A stretch of DNA of 64,000 nt. Origin: Marsupella aquatica (taxonomy: Eukaryota > Plantae > Marchantiophyta). Positions 25,991-37,045 of this stretch are shown here, one piece after another. Numbering within the stretch: the first letter of the stretch is position 1; the number at the start of each line of letters is the position of its first letter. The position numbers and the translations under genes are program-made. The DNA lies in the NCBI GenBank assembly GCA_973895155.1, contig OZ316897.1:5225976-5289975 (forward strand). The letters are read 5' to 3'. A model generated the notes under the pieces. The model was not told the origin of the DNA. It saw nothing but the letters and a program-made list of their open reading frames with translations, and made no database searches.

Positions 25991-27515
25991 AATCCGCTCT
26001 TAACTTTTGATAATTTTCCGTAAAAGTTAGCTCAATCCGAGCAAAATTGCAAGAGTGAGTGGCAGCGTCCGCAAATTTTGAAAAGTATGAATGAGCAAAT
26101 GGGCCGCGGCACCATCGACTCAGCTCTTATGGAGGTGCCAGGTCGTCAATAATGGCTCAAAGTTGGGTGTCTCGGTCCAAGCGTGATCTCCTAACGGATT
26201 TTTACTCCGCTACCGCCACCATACCTCGGCAGATCGTAATAACTTCCTTCCCTTAATTTGTAATCATTCAGTCAACTAACCTACTCCTAATCTATTCATA
26301 ATGGCAAAGCCGGCTATTTGTACTACTCTACGCTACGGCTACGGTCCTAATGACCGTATAAGTCCTAATCTAGGACTTGCGTCCTGTTTAGTGACACGTT
26401 ACCCATGTCACAATCAGCAGGTTGAAAAGCTCAGGACTATAAATCAGGGCCAACTCAACCATTTCAACAAGCTAGGCTTTAGCTGATGCCAGAGGAAATA
26501 AGAAAATCTCCTTGATTGTTTGGAGGCCGCTCAAGAAAAACATGATACAGAGAATGCAAACATGATGAGCAAGCCATTTAAACAATACAATGTGAGGTAG
26601 CACTAGGTAGAATTGGAAAAGCTGAAGGCTGAGAACGCAGATGAGGTAGCCAAGTTAATCCACATCAGCAACTTACAAAAAGCAGCAATGGATAAATAGG
26701 AATTTGAAGTCGTGAATATCCTCAATGAGGAATTGAAGGAGGCCAAAAAGGGGGTACTTTGGCTTACTAATGAGGTGGAGGGGAAAAAACTAAGAAAAAC
26801 TAATGAGGTGGAGGAGTTATTCGGGGAGTTGGAGGAGGCCATGGAGAGAATCACCACTTGCAGAGGCGTGCTGACAACCAAACGGAGAAGCTTAGAAAGT
26901 ATGTCGGGACAGGTCAGGGATCACCAGCTGGAAGCTAGGTCTTTATTTGGGGATATGATAGTTGGGCATACAATTCAATGAAGCCAAAGCCAAGTCCAAT
27001 GCCAACAAGAGAGACCAAGGGGAGGGCAATGCAATAAGTGGCGGATTTGGCTAAGACAATTCAGAAGCCGATAGTTGTTAAGTCTGGGAGGTACACAACT
27101 TCATCAGTTATCAGTGACTTTCATCAGTCACTGATATCAGTCTGTGCCCGAAACTCAGCGACGCCGCCGACATAGACTTAATTCACACCCACAATCAAAC
27201 CCTATGTCAGCGTCCACTCCGACATTGTTTTGGTTCGCACAATTAGTAATGTTGGCTGCCTCTCTGACCATCTTGGTGCCCTTTCTAACCATCTTGGCGT
27301 CCTCTCTGAGATATCCTTGGAGTGTTGTTCCATCTCGGCTGAGCTTGCCAAGATGAAAACATACCCAACAACGTGTACAACATAGCATATCAAATAGGAG
27401 CCACATTAAGAACATTTGGATGACACTTTTTATTAAGCTTTGTACCGAACTTTACAACGATGTTCAATTTTCTGAACTAAATTCCACTAGGCTGCGTCTC
27501 CATCTTCCATCCTCT

Positions 27516-28720
27516 CTACAAGGTAATTGTCTGGCAGACAAGGTCCACAACAATCTTTTGCCGCATGATGTCTATAAGTGCAGGGTCAAAGTTTAGTACG
27601 CCGCCTCCAGAAATACGCTCCATGTAGATAATGATATATACACCACAATTGTAATCATCCCCTTGACTTGGAATGTTATCTCGGTAAATGCGTGGCCATT
27701 CTAATGGACATAACAAGGTACGACCCCGCAAGATGGAGAGGTCCGAAAGAAACTGAGCTACTTTGAACACTTATGTGCCATCCTGTGCTTCGGGCACAAG
27801 CGGATCAAGTAAATGCAGTTGCCGCAAGGCAGTATCAACCACAACTAGTACCCAGTGTTTTGGCCGGTAGACGGGGATTAAAACGTACTTGTGCTCCCAC
27901 ATTTGAATGCCCCGCCAATATGCCAACCCTGCGTTGAAGTTATATTCCGGAGTTGTCATCACTTGGTAAAAATGTGTTGGCAATAACATGGCCTTGGGTT
28001 TATGAAGGGTTTGTGCTCTTTGTTCCAGTAAAGCAATATAAGCATTGATGACGTCGCAAGTGATCCATTTTTTTGGCCTCAAGCATTTTTAATGTGCCCT
28101 CGTCAAGTGCACGTCCTCGATTGTCACTATGACCTCTTTTTGGTCCGCCTTGGGGTCCAATGCCTTCTTCACTATCGCCAAAAATTTGGATGGTTGCTTT
28201 TGTGCGGGCACTCCTTTGTTTGCAAGCCCCACCTCTTTCACTCCTACCCGGGGAGTCAGCCCCTCATTCACTGGTTGCTCAGGTCTCTCCTGAGCTGCAA
28301 TGAAGGTAAATTCATTCAAACATTACTCTTCGGAACTGGAGCTTGATAATCTTATACTTACATGGTGAGTTTGGAGACTATCACTTCCTACCGAGCTACT
28401 CTCATCCGATTGAGCTTCTTTTGCCCTATCATCGACAAATTTGAGAGTTTTCCTTTTTCTCTCTTTTACACAGCGAGGCACTATTTCTTCATGATAGGTA
28501 TAAGCAGCGTAGCACGGAAGGGTTAACTTCTCCGGCGAGAAATATGCCGAAGCTTCCTCCCATGCAAGCTTGACAAGCCGTCTGTCCCATTCCGCTGTAG
28601 CTGACTTGGTAGTCCTATCGGGAACTGCTACTTAGTTATACTTAAATCCAATCAAATAATGTATTGCGCCCAAAATAGACGTAAACAAGAAGGCATCTGT
28701 CAGGGAAGGTAGTCGACATG
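27516..28720 (-). pseudogene. Ulp1/Peptidase C48 SUMO-protease-like gene (in-frame stops)
   Basis: WITCDVINAY, LIPVYRPKHWVLVVVD, LLDPL and SQGDDYNCGVY give the His-Asp-Cys triad plus the oxyanion Gln. Stops near 27771 and 28089. Confidence 0.85.
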
Positions 28721-28727
28721 GATCGAC

Positions 28728-29250
28728 GGATCTCGGAGAGGCCAACCGAGATCACTCTTCTTGAGACGGATCTCGGAGAGGCCAGCCAAGATGACTATTC
28801 CTGAGATGGATCTCAGAGAGGCCAGCCGAGATTGACTATTCCTGAGATAGATCTTGGAGACGCCAGCCGAGATGACTTCCTGAGACGGATCTCAAAGAGG
28901 CTAGCCGAGATTGACTCATCCTAAGACGGATCTCGGAGAGGCCAGCCGAGATGACTGTTCCTGAGACGGATCTCAGAGAGGCTAGCCGATATTGACTCTT
29001 CCTGAGACGGATCTCAGAGAGGCCAGCCAAGATTGACTCTTCCTAAGATGGATCTTGGAGAGGCCAGCCAAGATCACTCTTCCTGAGACGGATCTCGGAG
29101 AGGCCAGCCGAGATGACTATTCCTGAGACGGATCTCAGAGAGGCCAGCCGAGATTGACTCTTCCTGAGACGGATCTTGGATAGGCCAGCCAAGATCACTC
29201 TTCCTTAGACGGATCTTGGAGAGGCCCGCCAAGATGACTCTTCCTGAGTT
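28728..29250. repeat. 40-41-bp tandem array (~13 copies)
   Basis: Unit GGATCTCGGAGAGGCCAGCCGAGAT(T)GACTCTTCCTGAGAC; units start at 28728, 28768, 28808... Confidence 0.95.
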
Positions 29251-29449
29251 GCATGTAGAGGAATGAATCTTGGCGAGGTCCGCCAACATGCATCTCAAGT
29301 TAGGACTTGCCCTCGCTTGTAGAGGAGGCCAGACACTATGAATGTCAGCAAGGTCAGCCGACATGCATAGATATCAGCGAGGCCGCTGACTTGTATCCCT
29401 CTATTGTCAACCATTGCGACGAGCAAGCAAATATGAAATGAACAACGTC

Positions 29450-32400
29450 AAACGCCAGAAAACTTACATGTTGTTGGGAGTACTGCCGGCTTTTTCTTCT
29501 TGCGCTTTTCTGGATTGGCTTTTGAACGGACCACCTCTTCCTCCTCCGGGGAGATCACTCCAACCAGTTGTGCCAGTTGGTCTTGCACACAAGTTCCGAA
29601 GTGAGGATAGGATTCAGTCCCAAACACCATCCACCCGCAATTTTCACCCGCCTTGAATATTGCCCCAAACTGTGTGTTGAAAGTGAGGATAGTTGCCCTA
29701 GGGTGTGTTGTATATTCGATGATACATTGGAGCGTTGCTGGCAACAATGTGCTCGCAAAAGGATCGTTAACCTGATTCTTCTTGGATGTATAGTTCATTA
29801 GCCCATTCCTACTCTTCATATCGAGCTCTGCACTAATTGGTGCCACATTGTCCTTTGGGCATATCTCCACAGCAGATTGAAACCCCCACAGGTCTAGCTT
29901 GAGATATTCGCTCTGGATCGGCCAAACATATTCAGAGGTCAGACTTCCTTAGTTTAGGATAGTAAGTCATTGGAATAAAAAATAAATGAAGAAGTAGGTA
30001 ATTGATGGGACTTACTTGCTTCCCAGTCCTACCATCGTAGGTGGGTGTGTCGTTCCAGATAAAGAAGCTTTCTTTCAACCCCCAGTTGGTATTCTCGTAA
30101 ACTAATGCATCATAAATGCAAGTTGAGTGCCGAAACGAACCACTGTGCACGATGGCAAACAGTCCTTCGGAATCAAGGACATCTTGAGCAAACTCCTGAA
30201 CCCGGTTCAAGTCGTCCTCCCGGAACGAATTCCACAACGGGGTGGACTTACCCTCGACCATACGCGTGTCTGTTCCCATATGTATCAAAATTAAATCTGC
30301 ACCAGTCTTCACTCGCTTTGCCCCTTTTCTCCAGGCATTTTGACGCAAACCTTCCCGCAATAGCTTTCTGCACCATGAGATCAATTTACTAACTATAGGG
30401 GGTTCGGTACCTTCTTTAGCCGCATCAAAAAAAGTTGTAAATAGATTTGGAGACCACCTAAAATACATATGTCTGCTTTGGGAAGACATGGTATTGGCAT
30501 AAGGACGCATTACTCCTTCCAGCTCTGTATTATCCTCTTCTCCAAGGGCCTCTTCATCCTCCTCATTTTCCAATGTGGGGTCAGGTTGGATGGTTGTGGG
30601 CGGAACCTCTCCAGTGCCGGGCAGGGGAGGCGACTCAGTGGGGGAAGGAAGAGGAGGAAATTCCTTGTCACGTGCTTTGCTTGGGCTCCCTTTGGGAGCT
30701 CTAGGTTGCCTAGTTTGCTTTCTTTTTAAGGCATTTTCCTTTTGCCGTGACAATAATGGTGGATCAGACAAGCGCCCTTCGTCTCCGGATTGTCCTTTGT
30801 CCTCTTCCTCTCGCTCCTCTTCCTCTCGCTCATCCACATCATCCTCACCTTGCTGCTCGTCAGCCAATTCATCTTGTACTTCAGGAGCCTCATGCGGAGG
30901 CAAGTCAAATTCTTGCAGTGGAGCCTCGTCTGGACCCAACTCAACTATTGGTTGTTTATCCTTGTGCCTTGGACCCTACGAAACCCCTGGACCATCCTCA
31001 ACTACTGCCTTTGTAGCCGGCTCTACACCCTTGCTCTTGATAGAACCAGGTTCCATTTGGATCTCTGCATGACCTGCATAGGATGCAAATTGATGAGCTT
31101 CATGATGGCAACTACATCTCGGCAAGCCTCGCCAAGATCGGGTTCATTATATGCAAGCAACTTATTACTCAACTAATACTTCATCTCGGCGAGCCTCGCC
31201 GACATTTGGACTGGACCAGACACTTAATCTTGGAGAGCCTCGCCGACATCTGGATTGGACTAGACACTTAATCTCGGAGAGCCTTGCCGACATCTGGACT
31301 GGACCAGATACTTAATCTCAGAGAGCCTCGCCGACATCTGGACTGGACTAGACACTTAATCTCGGAGAGCCTCGCCGACATCTGGGCTGGACCAGACACT
31401 TAATCTCGGCGAGCCTCGCCAAGTAAATATAGGGGTCTGGATTTTAAAGACGCTCTAAGTCATCCACCCTCACCAAGATGAGACCCTCATTCCTTCGGTG
31501 TTATGTCACCGACCCCAACCAAGGTTTTTTCCAATGCAAGCAACCACCTGATTCGAAAGGAATTGAGTAATACCTGATGGGGTCTTTGTTGGAGTGCTTA
31601 TAGAATCTGACTGACTGGCCTCGGCGGATTGTTCCTCGTCGACCTTCTTCTCGCCTCCTTCCTTTTGGGCCTTTTTCCCATCATAGGCTGGGTCCATTGG
31701 GAGTATGGCCTCCAATGCTATTGCCTGGGGCATAGAGTCCGTCAATTGTCGCAGCTTGGATATATCGTAGTAATTTGTAGGCTCCTGTTGGTCCTTCAGC
31801 TTCATTGCACACTCCTTCTCAGCGTCATCAATAAAAGTATTCCAGTCACGGTATTCCATACACCATGGGCAGTTTTGACGTTCCCAATCGCAGACTACTC
31901 TGCCATTAGGAATTTGGCCATCACATGGATACATGCTAAGGCTCCCTTTCGGCTCCATCCAAGATGTGAGTGCCCATGGCAGCTCTTTCAATACGGATGC
32001 ATTCATGTTCTCCTGATTGATTAGAAATCTTGTCACACACCTCTTTGTTCGCTTTTTCCACAATTCTTTTAACAGGACCGTGGCCTTTCCGTCAATCCAA
32101 ATTTCCCCGCCTAGTTTCAGTGATTTCTCTTGCACATAAGCTCAATAAAGCCTTCTGTATAGCTCTGCAAATTCCTCCTCTATCCCGGAAAACTCACGGT
32201 ACATCTGTCTTTGGTAGGCCTTTGCAGCAAAATCGGTCAAAATCACACACCCAACGTGGTCAATGTAACACCACATTGACCAGACCGCTAACCAAGATCT
32301 AATTGCAGCATCACCATTGCTACGTGGATGGTGATACATACTCTTCTCCTCCTCCGTTCCAAAATGAGCTTTCAATAGCTTTACTCTGCACTCTGCAGCT

Positions 32401-33841
32401 ACCCAAGCCCCAACAAACAAGCGGACCCTGTCCAAGCCAACTTGTACATTTATCACACCCTGCTTGGCATCTCTTTGACAACTTGTGATATAGCTGTCGG
32501 CATACCGGCATGAACTGGTCTCCATTGGCCGGATTCACGCAGGCTGCAAGCTTGGGGAACTTGTTGTCCCAGGCCTTGCATGCAACAATAATCATTGCCT
32601 CCGTCTCCTCCTCGGTTCTCTTCACACTCCACGGGTGCCCACGAGCTGCGTCTTGTGCCATCTCCTTGGAGATATTGATTCATCCCGCTTCAATGTTTGA
32701 CCAAGACATGATGTACACAACGGCTTCTGAGCAATCTCTTTTGGTTGCTCTTTTCTTTGATTGCATTGTACTTTACTTTTTGTGGCAGCTCCTTTGACTT
32801 TCATGGTCCCGGAGCTTATAATACATTACCATTACCATTACCATTACCATATTCTTCGAGTACCAAGTCTTCCCATGTCCTCAATTTTGGGCCTTCATGA
32901 AAGCCTCCATTGTCTCCTTTGACATGAGCAAACTGTACTCCTCCAATGGAGTGTTCAATAGCTTTGCAACCCAGTTAGCGTCATTAAACCAGGACGTCTT
33001 CACGATAGTCGCACTTATCCTGAAAATGACAAATAGCGGAAATTTCAGAGAGGCTCTCCAAGATGGCACACAAGGTTTACACAAACGGGTATTAATCACA
33101 TTTTGCAAAAAGATACGAATGAGAGTACTTACGAGTTGAGAGCGTGCATTGCTTGCTCAACCTTCTTGAATCCGTCCTTCCCAGTGTTCAAAAGAGAGAA
33201 TCTGACGCATGGATCGTATTGCAATTGATCCGGATCCTCAGAAGCAACCGCGGACCAGGCTGTGTATCTGTGGTTTCCATCAAAAACCCAAAACATCTTG
33301 TCCTTAAGGACTTTGAACTCCTCTGATGCATCGCACTCTTGCTCAAACTGTTCATTGAGCTGAGTCCATAGAGGGTCCCAAAATGGCTTGAAGTCTGTCA
33401 CTGTCTGCGTTTCTCCAATTTCATTGAACTAAGTAATGTGGAACTCGCTGAGCTTCACAACATAGCCGCTCTCTTTGAATCCTTTTTTAATTCTGCAACC
33501 GACTCATCTTGAAGATTCCTCACTGCCTCCATTGGCATGAGCCGGCACAAGGGGATCTGGGGCGGATCCTTACTAAACTTTGTCTCATACTTGGAGACGA
33601 TAGACTCCCAGGCTCCCTTCTCAGCAATATCAGCCAATTTCACCGCTCCAATAGGCTCAAATGATATCTGCTTTAGCTCAAACTTCCTCTTGGAGTCGAC
33701 TGACTCCATAAGTGGACCACCCTGTGAGCGCGTCAGTCGAGACATGACTGGCGAAGGAGAATTGGATCATGGTTTCTTACTCCGTTGAGAAGTTTGGCTG
33801 TCGGCAGGTCCAGCTCCAGTCGAGTCTTTCCTCTTTGGCAT
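29450..33841 (-). pseudogene. Multi-exon gene: ParB/Srx-like N-terminal domain, acidic linker, divergent beta-class N4/N6 DNA methyltransferase-like C-terminus
   Basis: IPLCRLMPMEAVR...FWVFDGNHRYTAW (ParB DGxHR). C-terminal GADLILIHMG...PLWN...FAQDVLDSEGLFAIVH and CIIEYTTHPRATILTFNTQFGAIFKAGENCGWMVFGTE (motif IV before motif I). GT-AG introns at ~33132-33020, ~31573-31074 and from ~30015. Several stops and frameshifts. Confidence 0.65.
31176..31422. repeat. 44-bp tandem array (~5.5 copies) in an intron
   Basis: Unit GACACTTAATCTCGGAGAGCCTCGCCGACATCTGGACTGGACCA. Confidence 0.95.
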
Positions 33842-34444
33842 TTTGACCTTAGATTACATGAGAAATGAAAGAGTTATTACTCGGCAATAGCTCGACCTAT
33901 GACAAGAACTCAGCGAGCCCCGCCGAGAGAGCTAGTTTTCAAGGATACGTGGGGTCAAGCCTCTCACACATTTGATTCATCTACAATGGATTTGACATAT
34001 CAAGAAAAAGGGGGAGCCAAGGGAAAAACCTGAGAGAATCACCAACGCTCACGACAAATCACTGTCACAAATGCTCACAAAAAATGTTGCCGCAAACGCT
34101 CACGAAGAAGCTACCACTACCTCACTGCCTCAAAACACCAACGCAATCCAGTAGACACAATAATAGGGTTGCACAGGAAAGTTTACCGTGAGTGGGACGA
34201 CTGAAGAAAAGCAGGAACAACGCGGATGTGAGCGCGGAGAAGTGAGGGATTGCACAGACCAATATGCGAAGATTGAGCAAGAGCGCGGATTAGAGCGCGA
34301 ACGAGTAAGGGATTGCGCAAAAGAGTGAGGCAGAGTGAGAAGGTCCGGGGATTAGTGATAAAGACAAGCGCCAAACCTAAGGTCACACCGTGGAAGAGTG
34401 ACAAGGAAGGAATGACATCCACTTCAAGGAATAACATACCGGTC

Positions 34445-34606
34445 GCACGTACTGCACAACACTAAAGTACGCAATAGATATGGGAGATCCTAACTATACT
34501 TTGATACGTACATGTTGTTAACGGCCCAAACAAGAAAGTACACAATGCTAACGCAAGTACTGACCACCACTAGTACGAGAGAGTTTAGGGTACATTTAGG
34601 GTACAA
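34445..34606 (-). promoter_or_regulatory. GTAC cluster upstream of the ParB-MTase-like gene
   Basis: 8 GTAC tetramers in ~160 bp. Confidence 0.45.
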
Positions 34607-34860
34607 TTAGGGACTTCGGCCTACAACTCAAATGAGTCCGAATGTAGGAGACCCTCGCTGTCATTTCATTCCAAGGCCTACTGAGACGTGTCAACATCTC
34701 GGTGCGTCAGCTCAAAGAGGAACATGGGCGCCCACATGCATTATCATTTGGGTGGCTTAACTAAAAGAGGAAATTGGGGTTAAGAGAAGGGGGAAGAGCA
34801 CAAGTCAACAAGATCAAGGAGGGTTTGTTGGAGGAGACTTAATAAAGGCGGCCAATTATG

Positions 34861-34897
34861 TTTAGGGTTTAGGGGTTTAGGGTTTAGGGTTTAGGGT
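34861..34897. repeat. (TTTAGGG)5 telomere-type/telo-box tract
   Basis: Direct reading of the sequence. Confidence 0.85.
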
Positions 34898-34982
34898 ATA
34901 ATATGAGAAGTAGAAAAAAGTCCAACACTAGCGAACTTCACGGTAGAAAAGTACGCCTCTTGGGTCAAAAAGGTCGCCAGCC

Positions 34983-35970
34983 TCTCGGAGACCCTCTCTG
35001 AGATGGAGTCGTGGGCGTACTTTGGCCAGATGACACCACTTGTGGACCCTGTTAATAGTTTCAAAGGGTTAGCTACAACATACACTGTGTCTCTCAGAGA
35101 CCCTCTCCGAGATGAAATTAAGGGTATTCCGTTTCAAAGGAAGGACCCAAATTGGTTCTATCCAACATTCGATGTCAGAGACCCTCTCTGAGATGGAGTG
35201 GTGTGGCCCGAACGGCCAGACGGCAAAAATTGTCAATTGCGTCTTGGGTGGAAAGGGAAGCAAGATTGCCACCCAATCGCTCAAAGACCCTCTCTGAGAT
35301 GGAGCCGTGTGCCCCAAGTGGCCAGAGAGCAGTTCTCCCAGGTTGTCTATTGGGTCAGAAAGGTCGCCAAGTGAGACCCTCTTTGAGATGGAGTCGTGGG
35401 CATACTTTGGCCAGATGACACCACTTGTGGACCCTGTTAACAATTTTAAAGGGTTAGCTACAACATACACTGTGTCTCTCAAAGTCCCTCTCCAAGATGA
35501 AATTAAGGGTATTTCGTTTCAAAGGAAGGACCCAAGTTGGTTCTATCCAACATCCGATGTCAGAGACCCTCTCTGAGATGGAGTGGTGTGGCCCGAACGG
35601 CCAGACGGCAAAAATTGTCAATCGCGTCTTGGGTGGAAAGGGAAGCGAGATTGCCACCCAATCGCTCAAAGACCCTCTCTGAGATGGAGCCGTGTGCCCC
35701 AAGTGGCCAGAGAGCAATTCTCCCAGATGGTCTATTGGGTCAGAAAGGTCGCCAAGTGAGACCCAACCTCTCGGAGACCCTCTCTGAGATGGAGTCATGG
35801 GCGTACTTTGGCCAGATGACACCACTTGTGGACCCTATTAACAGTTTCAAAGGGTTAGCTACAACATACACTGTGTCTCTCAGAGACCCCCTCCGAGATG
35901 AAATTAAGGGTATTCCGTTTCAAAGGAAGGACCCAAATTGGTTCTATCCCACATTCGATGTCAGAGACCC
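34983..35970. repeat. ~385-bp tandem array (~2.5 copies)
   Basis: ACCACTTGTGGACCC recurs at ~35035, 35420 and 35821. Each unit has ~5 GAGACCCTCTCTGAGAT motifs. Confidence 0.95.
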
Positions 35971-36129
35971 TTGCCAAAATACAAGGATGAACCCAAAAGT
36001 GCATGCAAAAACTGACCGTACCATACTTTTCAATGTTTTTACAATGTAATTCTGTATGGATCGCATGTCCGTACAGTTGTACCATCTCAGAGAGGCTCGC
36101 CGAGTACAAATATTGTTGCCCAAATGACC

Positions 36130-37023
36130 CGAGTCCATCTCAGAGACCCTCCTCGCCGAGTAGGAGTCTAGGTAAAAGTCTATGAGAATCCATCTCAGAA
36201 TCTCGGAGACCCCCGCCGAGAATGACTTGGGATGAGAAGTAAATGACAATCAGCGACCAAGGAAGTCCCTAATCCACCAGAGAGAGGCTCGCCAGATAGC
36301 GCGACCGCATGTCAGAGACCCTCGCCGAGTAGGAGTCTAGGTAAAAGTCTATGAGAATCCATCTCAGAATCTCGGAGACCCCCGTCGAGAATGACTTGGG
36401 ATGAGAAGTAAATGACAATCAGCGACCAAGGAAGTCCCTAATCCACCAGAGAGAGGCTCGCCAGATAGCGCGACCACATGTCAGAGACCCTCGCCGAGTA
36501 GGAGTCTAGGTAAAATTCTATGAGAATCCATCTCAGAATCTCGGAGACCCCCGCCGAGAATGACTTGGGATGAAAAGTAAATGACAATCAGCGACCAAGG
36601 AAGTCCCTGATCCACCATAGAGAGGCTCGCCAAATCGCGTGACCGCATGTCAGAGACCCTCGCCAAGTAGGAGTCTAGGTAAAAGTCTATGAGAATCCAT
36701 CTCAGAATCTCGGAGACCCCCGCCGAGAATGACTTGGGATGAAAAGTAAATGACACTCAACGACCAAGGAAGTCCCTAATCCACCACAGAGAGGCTTGCC
36801 AGATAGCGCGACCGCATGTCAGAGACCCTCGCCGAGTAGGAGTCTAGGTAAAAATCTATGAGGATCCATCTCAGAATCTCGGAGACCCCCGCCGAGAATG
36901 ACTTGGGATGAAAAGTAAATGATAATCAGCGACCAAGGAAGTCCCTAATCCACCACAGAGAGGCTCGCCAGATAGCGCGACCGCATGTCAGAGACACTCG
37001 CCGAGTAGGAGTCTAGGTAAAAG
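36130..37023. repeat. 169-bp tandem array (~5.3 copies), truncated at LTR B
   Basis: GTAGGAGTCTAGGTAAAA at 36160, 36329, 36498, 36667, 36836 and ~37005. Confidence 0.95.
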
Positions 37024-37045
37024 TGTGGTGCGTCCCATGGCTCAC

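Larger units (their letters stand above)
19888..26412 (-). mobile_element. Solo LTR F (~3.85 kb net) with internal ORF; contains a LINE and a MITE
   Basis: TGTCGCG...ATGTCACA ends. 5-bp TSD ATCAG (19883-19887, 26413-26417). Carries the conserved LTR hairpin. Confidence 0.8.

Noticed and set aside
28728-29250. Palindromic short repeats resembling a CRISPR array
   Set aside because: Inter-repeat sequences are near-identical rather than unique spacers, there are no cas genes, and the context is eukaryotic.
32826-32852. (ACCATT)4 microsatellite
   Set aside because: It simply encodes a GN low-complexity run in the ParB-MTase-like gene.
35069-36756. Many repeated ORFs in the 385-bp and 169-bp arrays
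   Set aside because: Unit lengths are not multiples of 3 and the ORFs carry no domain signal; they are repeat artefacts.
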